Shown: positions 25,674 to 38,089 of the stretch, piece after piece
Layout of the letters: the number at the start of each line of letters is the position of its first letter
How positions within the stretch are numbered: position 1 is the first letter of the stretch
Notes under the pieces: model-generated
The model's input: the letters and a program-made list of their open reading frames with translations, nothing else
Databases searched by the model: none
What the model was told of the DNA's origin: nothing
Position numbers and translations under genes: made by a program
NCBI GenBank assembly: GCA_951406725.2
Contig: OX597837.1
Coordinates: 28,086,001 to 28,150,000, forward strand
DNA from: Octopus vulgaris
Lineage: Eukaryota
Length of the DNA: 64,000 nucleotides
Direction of reading: 5' to 3'

Positions 25674-26997
25674 TCAGGTGTAATGTACTGAATAGCTCAC
25701 ATACAAATGACATGATTAATTGAAATATGAGAGAAAGGAAACAAAGGCCTGAGAATCTCAGAACTAATGTGGACCTGGATCGATCTGGCATTGGTGCTTT
25801 GAATTAACGAAGCGAAACAAGGTAGAACCCAAAAGCAGTACGTTCTATTGATGTGAAAAGTAAGAATATTATTCCGAGGCTTTCTTAAATGAGGGACATC
25901 TCACAACTAGAAGATAATGCAGAATGGCAAAGTCTGGCAGTAGAGAAACCAAAGTATTGACCAAACATGAAAGACAAAGGATATATATATATATATATTC
26001 TATAAGTGGGGCGGAAAAAAACTTTAATGGTGGTACTTTAGCGTAATCGCTATCCAGTGACTTAAACCAGCAACATGTTAAGAGTATATACACACACACA
26101 CACACACACACGTGTTTATATGCATGTCGTAGCCTTTATACTAGTGAAACACAACTGCAGCTAGTACTGTAGCCTCTACTACCACAACTGCGATGAGCGC
26201 AACTTCTAGTACGACCACGGCCATCACTACTACTCGCCTTTTGTATGTGAGCTATTCAGTACATTACACCTGAAGTCACGGCACTCAATACCCAACAGGC
26301 ACTATATCTGTTCTGCCTACATTTTCTAATAACGTTACTCAAATGTAAAAACGTCAAGATGAAGAAAAGGATTATTAATGGCCGATTTTGAAGATGTTGC
26401 TAGAGAAGAAAATCGGTTCGGAGTTGACTAGGCCAGGTCAAGTTATCCGACTTGTGAATGGGACAAACTCTTAAAAAGTATTCCTACAAATTGGAAATAG
26501 ACTCTTCCCTCACGTGAGAGAAATATTGTAGTGTTTTACTACAATGGAGATAGCTGTTGAGTTTTACTGATGGGGAGAAATAATAAAGACAGTCACGTCT
26601 GTTTACTGTCTTGAAGTGATGCGAGGCAGTTTGGCACTATGTCAACTATGTGTTTATAATGATGTGATATATTTTTCATCTCTTTTACTTATAGTAATCA
26701 TTAGACTACGGTTATGCTGGAGCATCGCCCTGTGTTCATTATTTATTTATTGTAAGCCTGGTGCTTATTCTATTGATCTTTCTGTCGAACTTGTAAGATA
26801 GGAGGACATAAACACTCTAATACCAGTTGCCAAGTGATGATGAGGGAAGCATACACATACACTACGGGCATCTTCGTTTCTTCAACAAAATCCGCCCACA
26901 AAGCTTTGGCCGGCCCGAGGCTGTAGTAGAAGACACTTGCCGAGGGCGCCACGCAGTAGAACTGAACCCGGAACCATGTGGGTGGGAAGCAAACTTC

Positions 26998-27228
26998 TTA
27001 TTTCTTTTTTACCCACAAGGGGCCAAACACAGAGAAGACAAACAAGAACAGACAAACGGATTAAGTCGATTATATCGACCCCAGTGCGTAACTGGTACTT
27101 ATTTAATCGACCCCGAAAGGATGAAAGGCAAAGTCGACCACGGCGGAATTTGAACTCACAACGTTACAGCAGATGAAATACCGCTAAGTATTTCACCCGG
27201 CGTCCTAACGTTTCTGCCAGCTCGCCGC
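26998..27228 (-). mobile_element. SINE family B nested in the head of an older family A SINE
   Basis: TSD gcaaacttctta on both sides; the host SINE resumes with ccacacagcc. Confidence 0.82.
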
Positions 27229-27479
27229 AAACTTCTTACCACACAGCCACGCCTGCGCTTATAGGTGAAGATTTTTACAGGCGGTGGCAAATATAATGGA
27301 TATCAAGTCAGAATTCTGCAAAGATAACAGAGACCCTCTTAATAGGGGACTAAAAGGATTTTTTGTAATTTCGGAGCTGGGACAACTTACCATTCTGTAC
27401 ACAAGTCACTGTACTAATCTAATGTTTGTTTTGTTACAGCCATGAAGATCGTGGCTAAATACACTCAGTTGCGATGTGT

Positions 27480-28328
27480 AACTTCTTGTTGGTGTTTTAG
27501 TTAGGAAACAATCTTGTGGCATTGGAGGTTGTAACCGTTTGGTTGTATGGAAGATAGGCATATTTTACTGGGAGGATTTCGGTTACCCGTTTAGTTTTTC
27601 TCCATGGGTTAGACACATTTACAGATTACGGCAGTTAATAGAGAACTCATCGTCTATCACCCTTGTACCTTCTCTATGTCCCTATGGCTTTTTCTCTCTT
27701 TCTCGTCCCCCCCCCTAATTCTTTAACCCCTCTACCCACTACCTCTCTCCTTTCCTTCCACGTGACCGGTGTTCGGCCAAGCATGATTTTTCGTTGTTAG
27801 ATCGACCGCCAGACACGAAGCATCACTGATTCCCATCTCCTGACTTTCATCTCTTATTTTCATCTCTGATGTTCATCTATGTCTTCTGCCTCATGGCTTT
27901 CACTCCTCACGTCAGCTCAACTTGATTCGTCTTTCTTAGTCGAAAGACACCTGTTGCTATTTTCTTGTTGCTTGTAATTGAGTAACAATTTCTGCATTTA
28001 TTTTTGTGTGTGTAGAATTCTCGTTTGTAAGAGCAGTCGAGTTTATTTCAGATATTCTCATTTTAAAAATTATCTCCGACTAATCGTTGAGAGGACGTTG
28101 GTGTTACCTTGGCGGAGGTTTGCGCTCTCTGAGTATCTTTGAACAGACTCAAATGTAGCCGGCAGAAACTGTAAGGATGATCTGGAAACTTGACTGAGGG
28201 GATAAGGACACGAACGGCCCGTCCTTGTTTTGTCCTGTCCGTATTTTGTTGTTTTTCTTGTCCGTCTTCGTATCGTCTATCTGGCCGAATGTTTTATCGT
28301 CGTCTATTGCATTCTTGTTCTATGTTTT

Positions 28329-28330
<2 letters not shown>
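27480..28330 (+). mobile_element. Possible decayed Penelope-like element 3' region
   Basis: RLVFLHGLDTFTDYG/NREL resembles the GIY-YIG C-terminal L-x-T-x-x-P-x-G-L-N motif; 28200-28330 is similar to the reverse complement of 2700-2790. Confidence 0.35.
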
Positions 28331-28392
<62 letters not shown>

Positions 28393-28649
28393 GGTTTAAG
28401 TAATTGAGATTCAAGTGAATTCTAATGAATTCTAAACTCACACCCTCATCTGTATCTACCCCTTTTGATGTTTGGGAATCTCTGATGTTTTTTCGGCTGA
28501 CGAGTACGAGCCATCTATATTTACTGCATTTTTTTGTAGCTTATTAAAGATGTCCTCGTACGAAACAATTGTACCGATATTTTAATCCATTCTTGTTGCT
28601 TTTTTCCTATATATATATATATATATAAATTTGAGTCCAACTCCTGCTA

Positions 28650-29095
28650 CAGATGTGCAACATTGCTGGGGTTCTGTATTTTCTGCGACTTTCGTATCGC
28701 CTGCGTAGCTAGCAAGGGTCGATATCCGGGCAGTTGAGGGCGTATGAAAAGCAGTGTTCCCAAGACAGTGCCGTGGAACACCGCTCACTATTTGTGTTTT
28801 CATTGAGGTGGCTCCATTGGCCACTACTGCCTGACGTCTATCTTTCAGAAAGTCACGTAACCACTCTCCAAGTTTTCCAGCTACGCCGAAATCACGCAGT
28901 TTGTGGCATATCAAACCATGGTCCACGTTGTCAAAAGCTTTTGCAAAATCAAGGTATATTACGTCAACAGTTGAGTTGTTGAGTAACTGCTTCAACATCC
29001 AGTCATAATGTTGTAAGAGCTGAGTCAGGCAGCTCCTACCTGGTCGGAAGCCATGCTGGGTATCACTCAGCAAGTTATTTTCTTCAAAGAATGCG
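28650..29095 (-). pseudogene. CR1/L2-type LINE reverse transcriptase fragment
   Basis: FFEENNLLSDTQHGFRPGRSCLTQLL...VDVIYLDFAKAFDNVDHGLICHKL...WLRDFLKDRRQAVVANG...SGVP: conserved RT motifs; frameshift at GVPQG. Confidence 0.92.
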
Positions 29096-29176
29096 ATTTT
29101 TTTAGATTTGCTGCTGCTGATAATAATAATAATAACAATAACAACTTTGCGAGTATTCATCTGAATATTTACTCAC

Positions 29177-29294
<118 letters not shown>

Positions 29295-29490
29295 GTCGCC
29301 ATGATAGATCGTTAGTCACTACACACATTTTTTTCTCTCCTTGTTTCACTCCTTGTTTTTTCTGTGTCCCTTTCTGTAGAAGAGCGTAGGCTCGAAACGT
29401 AAAAGACTTTTTCTATTCCTGAGCGCTATACTAAGACATCTGTTTGTTTTGTACACCACCTGTCTTTGTCTTTTGTTCGTAAACTCTCCC
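29295..29490 (+). mobile_element. Short Penelope-like (pLTR-type) element flanked by (TA)n
   Basis: Second copy of 6931-7125; carries the hammerhead-like motif followed by ttcctgagcg. Confidence 0.6.
29370..29405 (+). ncRNA. Minimal type I hammerhead-like ribozyme, A6U core variant
   Basis: cttt-CTGTAGA-A-GAGC-gtag-GCTC-GAAAC-GT-A-aaag: stem I cttt/aaag, stem II GAGC/GCTC, palindromic ACGT stem III, GUA cleavage triplet; activity untested. Confidence 0.55.
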
Positions 29491-29832
29491 TATATATATA
29501 CCATGCACTGAAATGCTGAATTTGGCGCGTGACTTATTCAAAGCGTAATGGATTACAAGGAAGCGAGATGGATTTTTTTTTATTTTAGGTAGAGCAAGAT
29601 TTGCTGAGGAGAAATGAGGCACAAGCCAAATTTCGAAATCGTGATCCAGGTATATCTGCTACCTCATTCGACGGCTTTTTGGCTGAGATGGCATGTTAAA
29701 TTTTGCTCGTCTGCCAGATTTCTGTTGGCCCGTTGCGTATTCTCAGTGAGATTAATGGTTAAGTTGGATGGAGGTTACTTCCTCTTTCTAGCAAGCTGGT
29801 GCTTCGTGTACCCTCTAATATAATTATGAAAA

Positions 29833-29868
<36 letters not shown>

Positions 29869-29872
29869 TATA

Positions 29873-30035
29873 GGCGTAGGAGTGACTGTGTGGTAAGTAG
29901 CTTGCTTACCAACCACATGGTTCCGGGTTCAGTCCCACTGCGTGGCATCTTGGGCAAGCGTCTTCTACTATAGCCTCGGGCCGACCAAAGCCTTGTGAGT
30001 GGATTTGGTAGACGGAAACTGAAAGAAGCCCGTCG

Positions 30036-30068
<33 letters not shown>

Positions 30069-30265
30069 TTGTCCCCCAACATCGCTGGACAACCGATGCT
30101 GGTGTGTTTAAGTCCCCGTAACTTAGCGGTTTGACAAAAGAGACAGATAGAATAAGTACTAGGCTTACAAAGAATAAGTCCCGGGGTCGATTTGCTCGAC
30201 TAAAGGCGGTGCTCCAGCATGGCCGCAGTCAAATGACTGAAACAAGTAAAAGAGTAAAGAGTAAA
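29873..30265 (+). mobile_element. SINE family A, full length
   Basis: ggcgtaggagtgactgtgtggtaag ... aacaagtaaaagagtaaagag. Confidence 0.88.
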
Positions 30266-31063
30266 AAAGAGAGTATGGTTTGTGTCTCAGTGAAATACAT
30301 TTTGAGGCTAATTGGTTGTGATTGAGGCGATGTGTTAATGGATGAAGGTTGAACCGGGTCCATAGATGGTGTTATATTCACCAGTCAGCGGTCGATGGCA
30401 GAAATGTCCTACAGTCTAGCTTCATTACATAACGGGTGGAGTGGGTGTTGATTCAGGGTGGCATCGATTCACTGAAGAATAGTTGTATGTATTGAGAGAG
30501 CTGAAGAGCAGGTGTTTATGTGTGTTAGAGTGAGTTATAAAACATAATCGATAGTTATTGTACTATACACACACATATATATTATTGAATATAGAATTAA
30601 AAATAATTGTATGTATGTATGTATGTTTTAGGAAGTGGAATACTAGAAAATTGTTATGATGGAGAGTTAAGTAGAATTGTAGACAAGTATAAGCAAGAGA
30701 TTGCAAATACATACATATATACACACACATGAATTCTATATTATTAGATTACATATATCAATATAATGTGTGTGTATGCAAACACACACACGCACACATA
30801 CAAAAAAAAAACATTTTCATAATGGGAGGGGACAGACTGATACAAATATACTGAGATATGAGGGGAGAGAGAGGGGGGAGGAGAAGAGAAAGAGAAAGAG
30901 GGTGTAGTAAAGATAGAAGGGACCGATATATATATAGGTTGATAGTGTCGGAGGAGACTGATAGAGGGTGATATGAAGGGGGAAGCTGAGAGAGGAGAGG
31001 AAGAGTGTCGGGTATGGCCGCTGTCCAATAACTGAAACAAGCAAAAGAATAAATTGAATAGCT

Positions 31064-31113
<50 letters not shown>

Positions 31114-31231
31114 GTGATTCGAAGTAAGAGTGACTCAGGGTCCGAGAATTTCGCGCGTTGGCACTTAACAAAATATTAATAAAAATATACATGTACTTAT
31201 ATTGTGAGTTCCTGCTTGCATCATACCAATA

Positions 31232-31303
<72 letters not shown>

Positions 31304-31408
31304 AAAAATAAAAAAATCACCCCGCATATTTTTATGGGTAACACCATAAAAAATTCTGGTGCATTTAAATTAAGTACCATATTCATTTGAATCTAAATTG
31401 TTGCTGAA

Positions 31409-31455
<47 letters not shown>

Positions 31456-31490
31456 ATATATGTGTGTGTGTGTATATATATGTGTGTATA

Positions 31491-31533
<43 letters not shown>

Positions 31534-31679
31534 TGTGTGTGTGTATATATATATATGTGTATATATAAATTAATCAAAATATATATATATGCATATGTGT
31601 ATATATATATATATATATATATGGGTGTATGTATATATGTATATATATATATGTATGTATATATATATATGTATATATG

Positions 31680-31736
<57 letters not shown>

Positions 31737-32109
31737 ACATACATCTGATAGATAGATAGATAGACAGATCTAACTCGAGTGGTAGACAAATGATTGATGT
31801 TTATTGAGGAAAAACCTAGACACAGTATTAAGAGGGATAAAGCGACGGAGATTAATGGAATGCATGTAATAATAACGTCTGGTGCAAAGGTATTGCCTGG
31901 AGGTGACAGATCTCTCGATATTACATTTAGACACACCTATCGGTGGTGGTGGTCAGTAGTGGCATTGGTGTTGCTTGTAGTGGCGTTGTTATTGTTGATA
32001 ACGATGGTGGGGGGGGGGCTGTTATTTTTCGTGGTTTTCTTTCTCCTGTTGTTTGTGTTGTTGCTTTGGTTTCTCTGTGATGTTTGGCTTTGTTGCTGTT
32101 ATTGATGAT

Positions 32110-32944
32110 AGAGGTGGTGGTGGTTACTGTTATTGATGGTGGTGATGGCTGTGGTGGTGGTGGTGATGGTGGTGGTGGTGGCTGTGGTGGTGGTGGTTAC
32201 TATTATTGATGGTTGTGGTGTTGGTGGCTGTGGTGGTGGTGGTGATGATGATGGTGGTGGTGGTGATGGTGGTGGTGGTGGCTGTGGTTGTGGTGTGATG
32301 ATGGTGGTGGTGGTGGTGGCTGTGGTGGTGGTGGTTACTATTATTGATGGCTGTGGTGGTGGTGGTGGTGGTGGTTACTATTATTGATGGTGGTGGTGGT
32401 GGCTGTGGTGGTGATGATGGTGGTGGTGGCTGTGGTGGTGGTGGTTATTATTATTGATGGTGGTGGTGGTTGTGGTGGTTCGTGTCTTTTGTTCAGCCCT
32501 AGGTCAACTCCGGACCTATAAAACTTTTGCTCAACAGCCTTCCAACAGTGACCATCTCGTGACTACAACAACAATAGCAGCAGCAACTGCAACAACAACA
32601 GCAGCGGCAGCAACTGCAACAACAATAACAGCAGCAGCAACTGCAGCAGTAACAGAGGCAGCAGCAACTGCAGCAGTAATAGTGGCAGCAACAGCAGCAT
32701 GAACTGCAGTAGTAGTGACTGCTGCAGTTCATGTGACGTAACCAATCGATAAAAATTATCATCAATACCGCACAATGCCTGGCATGACAGATTATTACCT
32801 GGCTTATCATTGATTGGAATATGCTTGATAATAATGGTGGTGGTAGTGGTGGTTGTGGTAGTAGTAGTAGTAGTAGTAATTATGATGTTGATGCTGGGTA
32901 TGGTGGTGGTGGTGGTGGTGGTGATGACTGTGGTGGCGATGTCG

Positions 32945-32986
<42 letters not shown>

Positions 32987-33450
32987 ATTATGATGTTGAT
33001 GCTGGGTATGGTGGTGGTGGTGGTAGTGGTGGTGGTGGCGATTTTTGGTGGTGGTAGTAGTAGTAATTATGGTGTTGATGCTGGGTATGGTTGCGGTGGT
33101 AATGGTAGTGGTGGTGGTGGTAGCAGTCAAAGGCTGTAGTAGCAATGGTGGTGGTGGTGGTGTGGTGCGTGTGTTAGTTGCGGTGGTGATGATAATGATA
33201 CTCGTAGTTGAGATGGTGGGTGTGATGGTTGTGGTGGTAGTAGTAGTAGTTATGGTAGTGATGGTAGTGGTAAGGGCGATGACGTTGATAATGGCTGTGA
33301 TGGCGGTAGTAGTAGTAGTGGTAGTTACGGTGATAATGATGCTAATGTAACGGTAGTAGTAGTAGTAGAGCTGAGGATGGTAGGGGTGGTAGTTCCGGTG
33401 TTAGTGGTAATGAGTGGTATAAGTGTAGCGGAAGTGGTGGTGGTGATGAA
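32110..33450. repeat. Low-complexity (GGT/GAT/AGT/GCA)n region with a thrice-repeated 27-bp block aattatgatgttgatgctgggtatggt
   Basis: Direct reading. Confidence 0.85.
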
Positions 33451-33457
33451 TATATAC

Positions 33458-33871
33458 CTATTTCTTTATTACCCACAAGGGGCTAAACATAGAGGGGGAC
33501 AAACAAGGACAGACATAGGTATTAAGTCGATTGCATCGACCCCAGTGCGTAACTGGTACTTAATTTATCGACCCCGAAGTGATGAAAGGCAAAGTCGACC
33601 TCGGCGGAATTTGAACTCAGAACGTAACGGCAGACGAAATACCTCTTTCTTTACTACCCACAAGGGGCTAAACACAGAGAGGACAAACAAGGACAGACAA
33701 ACGGATTAAATCGATCATATCAACCCCAGTGCGTAACTGGTACTTATTTTATCGACCCCGAAAGGATGAAAGGCAAAGTCGACCTCGGCGGAATTTGAAC
33801 TCAGAACATAAAGACAGACGAAATACCGTGAAGCATTTCGCCCGGCGTGCTAACGATTCTGCCAGCTCGCT
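33458..33871 (-). mobile_element. SINE family B dimer with TSD
   Basis: TSD gtgatgaatata on both sides enclosing head plus two units. Confidence 0.85.
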
Positions 33872-33929
33872 GTGATGAATATACACCGGGATAATAAGGG
33901 TGGCGGTGATGCTACCACGCAGGTTCATG

Positions 33930-34134
33930 TAGGATGGGGTGCTGAAAACTTCCTGGCTTTAAGGGAGTCGCAAAAGGCCTAGGTGGAGGCCCAACCTTCA
34001 AAGTTCTTTTATAAGGCTTAGAAAAACTGAAGGACTGCGACGATGTGTGAATCTGAGAGGGAAACTCGTTGAATACAATTGTAATTAACTGATTCTTCTG
34101 TACCAAAGCAAGGAACTTTTCAGCAGCCCCTTTT
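33930..34134. mobile_element. Mariner-type MITE
   Basis: TIRs ggggtgctgaaaacttcctggcttt ... aaagcaaggaacttttcagcagcccc with TA nearby on both sides. Confidence 0.7.
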
Positions 34135-34212
34135 AGTTAGTGGTGGTTATTGTGATGCTGTTGTTGTTGTTGTTGCGTAGTTGTTGTTGTGGTGGTGGTG
34201 GTATAGTGTCAT

Positions 34213-34444
34213 AAGGCGGCGAGCTGGCAGAAACGTTAGCACGCCGGGCGAAATGCTTAGCGGTATTTCGTCTACCGTTAGGTTCTGAGTTCAAATTCCG
34301 CCGAGGTCGACTTTACCTTTCATCCTTTCGGGGTCGATAAATTAAGTACCAGTTACGCACTGGGGTCGATGTAATCGACTTAATCCATGTCTGTCCTTGT
34401 TTGTCCCCTCTATGTTTAGCCCCTTGTGGGTAATAAAGAAATAG
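34213..34444 (+). mobile_element. SINE family B monomer with 15-bp TSD
   Basis: TSD ggtatagtgtcataa on both sides. Confidence 0.9.
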
Positions 34445-34799
34445 GTATAGTGTCATAATGGTGTAGTTGGGATGTAGTGGTGTAGCTCCAGGCCAGCTCT
34501 GAAGGAACAGCAGCTGTTGTTGTTGTTAAGCAACAAGACGGGTAAGGGTGATTAGGTGATGGTCTAGGGCTTAGGGGCGGGAGACCCCAGACCTTGGAAA
34601 AAAAAAACTTTGGTCATCTTGTTGTAGTCGAGGGCTCTTCGTTGACGCCCAACACCACTGGGAGGTGGCCCTCGAAGTCGCTGGAAATGGAGATCTCCAG
34701 GTCCAAATTCTTGAATGGCTGCTGTTGCAGCAGTGCTAATAAAGAGGAGGATGGCCGAGGCATAGTTGTTGTGAGTGGTTAAATACAAGTCAGTCCTAC

Positions 34800-34972
34800 C
34801 TGGCAGACTTATAGGGACTTTCCTACCATGACCATGCCAATTTTGCTTCTCGACAAAGGCAGACTTTAGAGACCTTTCTACCATGAACATGTCGACTCCG
34901 CTTCCTTCTCGACAATGGCAGATTTATAAAGACTTTCCTACCATGACCATGCCAAGTTTGCTTCTCGACAAT
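34800..34972. repeat. ~55-bp tandem repeat, 3 copies
   Basis: ggcagacttat...gactttcctaccatgaccatgccaa...cttctcgacaa repeated. Confidence 0.75.
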
Positions 34973-35634
34973 ATAAGTTACAATTTAAGATTCTCTCTAC
35001 AGATTTTCTTTAATAGCACTGCTAACACAGTAGAACGCAGTATTGACTTATAAAAATATATTTTGTAGTATATCATGGTTGCATAACGAAATACTGTGTC
35101 CAACAAATCATTAATACGTTACAACCATATCCAAAGTGTTCTTTTTATAGGACATTAAGTAGTTTGAGTGAAAATAGCTGCTATTTCTAGAAAGACAAAC
35201 TAGAGTGGCGCAATGTGAGGTGTATGGACCGCACAGGATGGCCACATCATATGTGGGTGTTTGCTGTAGTTGAAGGTATCTTTCCTTAAGGAAAAGAAGA
35301 TCCAATTTGGTTACTGCACAGGGAACGTAGGGGCCAAACCCACGTTATGCTATTGACGAGCGAGCAGTGAAAGCAATTTCCTAGTTATTTCGTATCGTGA
35401 TATAGAGAGGTGCCGGTGATACATAACTAAATACTAATTCTGTTCCCTCCATACTCACAACCGCTAACCCTCTATAAAACTCAGGTGAGATTCACAGTAA
35501 AGTGAAATTCTCCTCGCCTTTGGTTGGTTCTGTGGCTATACACAAACATAAACTCTACCCGAAAGAGGCAGATCAACGTATCTACAGTCACTATCACACT
35601 ACAATGTCTGATGATAGGAATTGTTGGTGGTATT

Positions 35635-35855
35635 GGCGAGCTGGCAGAAACGTTAGCACGCCGGACGAAATGCGTAGCCGTATTTCGTCTGCCGTTACGT
35701 TCTGAGTTCAAATTCCGCCGAGGTCGACTTTGCCTTTCATCCTTTCGGGGTCGATAAATTAAGTACCAGTTACGCACTGGGGTCGATGTAATCGACTTAA
35801 TCTCCTTGTCTGTCCTCTCTGTGTTTAGCCCCTTGTGGGTAATAAAGAAATAGGT
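35635..35855 (+). mobile_element. SINE family B monomer
   Basis: Family similarity. Confidence 0.82.
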
Positions 35856-36589
35856 ATTAGATGTCAGCTACATTCGGACATTTTCGGTTCCAGTTCACTC
35901 GTCTCTTCAATCTTTGAGTATATTGTGTCTATCCTTGACTCTTCACTAACCCCTACGCTCGCTTCTTTCTCCTTAAGATCATTAGTCCTGTCATTAGAAT
36001 GCCGGACAAAACTGGCTTGCGATATTTCTTCCGGCTCTTTCACATTTTGGGTTCAACACCCCCACCCCGAGGTCAACGCTGCCTCTCAACTTTTGGGGTT
36101 CGATTAAATGACGTATCTATGAAGAACTCGGGTCGATAATATCGACTAGCACTCCCACTCCACCCTACTGACAAAACTGTTGGCCTTCTACGTAAATTAA
36201 AAGCAATTATTTTATTTTGCTGTATCTCGAGAAGATCTCTATGCTAATAATAAACACACGCACTGGTTCGATCTTACTTCTTTAATATTCGTTTATTCAT
36301 TAAGTTTTTAAGCATCTGTCTAATCGATTGTTTGAACAATCACTTGGTTCGAGAATCAGTCCCTCAGTTCTGTTTGTCAAAGTAATTTCGTTGCCATTCG
36401 CGACCACTTCAATTATGTCTTCGCTTCTCCAGGTCAGTTTCAGGTCAAAACAATTTCAACGCACACGAGTTCACATCGAGACTTTGCAAACCAAATACGA
36501 ATTATAAATCTATAATTTTGAGATGAGGAAATTTGTTATGATCACTATTCACATTAGTTGAACTGGTGTCCTCATTTTGATTGTTGCTT

Positions 36590-36634
36590 TCATTGCGTTT
36601 CGGCTGTCGTGCACTCCAGCCTTCATCAGGTGTT
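36590..36634 (-). other. Decayed hammerhead motif (canonical core, cleavage side lost)
   Basis: aacac-CTGATGA-A-GGCTG-gagtgcacga-CAGCC-GAAAC-gcaatg; no GUH triplet or stem I partner. Confidence 0.5.
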
Positions 36635-37317
36635 TTGTGTCGAATTCAGTTATTGTACCGAAATTTCGAAACTAACCTTTTATTTGATCCACAGGAATAC
36701 GGTGTTTTCATTCCGCTCTCTGCGTTTCGTGATATTTTTCACATATTTTTCACATAAGTTGTGTTTTTGTGAATTCACTTTAGTGCCTTGCCTGGGTTTG
36801 AACTCGGAACTCTAGCCTGAAACTGAGCTGGAGTAGCGATGACATGTCATTGAAGAAGTCACCTCTAGGTGTCTGCACAGCATTACCCAACGTCTTACTG
36901 CATTACACTCTACACTTTTGTATCTGTCTTTTGACGTTGGTTGTCGTTCTGACAGATATTTCTATATTCCGAAGTGGTCGATAGAATGGTTCTATCTGGC
37001 ACCATACGACCCCCAATCATAATGTTGTTATCCTCAAAAGGCTGGACCGTAATAACGTCCACTCTGTATCACAGTATAATTACTATATCAGCACAGACAC
37101 GACTATCAACACAGTCTACACGTACTCTCGACCTTCTCTCGTGTCGATTATTGGACTATTTATAATGGCTGGTTACTACCACTTTTTATCAGGAGTGGTG
37201 TACAGTTTCAGCATACATCAGCTTATGTGGTCTATTATAATTATTGTTGTAGCAATCTGACCTTTTCTTTCTTAATTATTGGTTCCCATATTGTATTCAT
37301 CTCTGCACTTGACATGC

Positions 37318-37400
37318 TTAGAGGGTTGTATGTCCTGGCATATACGCTGCTTCTTTAAGTCTTCTAATTTTCCAGTGATGATCTTTATCAATTAGTTCAA
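37318..37400 (-). pseudogene. Penelope-like GIY-YIG endonuclease fragment
   Basis: LIDKDHHWKIRRLKEAAYM resembles the ILD-x-E-x-x-W-x-x-R-x-x-K-E-A-x-x-I segment of PLE endonucleases. Confidence 0.5.
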
Positions 37401-37769
37401 AACAACTGAATAAGACTGGCGCGTACAACAGCCGAAAGGTAGAGAAAGCAGCATCTAAGACAAAGACACTAGCAGTCCGACTAATATAAACAGTATACAT
37501 AAAGACGAGCTACTTTATTATACTCCAATATGTTCCTTGGACTTACTCTTTTACTCGTTTCAGTCATTTGACTGTGATCATGCTCGAAATTTCAAGCCGA
37601 ACCCTTTTGGGTCACAAAGGGGAGAATGTTTTCATTCTGTATACCACACCAGGGATATCCCTCTGCTAGATATTCATCTACTTATGATGTAGCAGGATCG
37701 TTCCATTTGAAATAATGTGTGTGTGTGTGGGGGGGGGCTCACTGTATTGGATGTTGCTGTATATTGATG

Positions 37770-38040
37770 GTCACAGTATGCTTCCAATTCTTTCTTGATT
37801 GCGCCATCCGTCTCAATCCTGGCCCAAATATTTTAACTAAACCCGAGTGACCCTTCTCGATCTTTTGGATACCATTCGGCAACCGCAAGGGCTCGCCTCT
37901 TATCTATGAAATTTGCGATATGTCCGGCCCAGAGGAACTTATGCCTTCGGTATTCTGCAATTCACGTCGTTCACTCGGCTCTGTTCGCAAATTATTTCAT
38001 TTTGGATATGCTCTCGCAATGATATTCCTAGCATGAAACT
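37770..38040 (-). pseudogene. RTE-clade LINE C-terminal fragment
   Basis: MLGISLREHIQNEII...KFLWAGHIA...AVAEWYPKD (WAGH and W.P motifs), frameshifted. Confidence 0.7.
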
Positions 38041-38089
38041 TTCAATGAACTCTATCTGAAACTTTATCTAAACTCGATGTAGTATCAGG

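Noticed and set aside
28140-28180. Possible hammerhead 3' half (gccggcagaaactgta)
   Set aside because: No CUGANGA-like core upstream; cannot be supported
32810-33350. Gly-rich cuticle- or shell-like protein with NYDVDAGYGG repeats
   Set aside because: The frame is not maintained between the repeated blocks, and composition is explained by trinucleotide expansion
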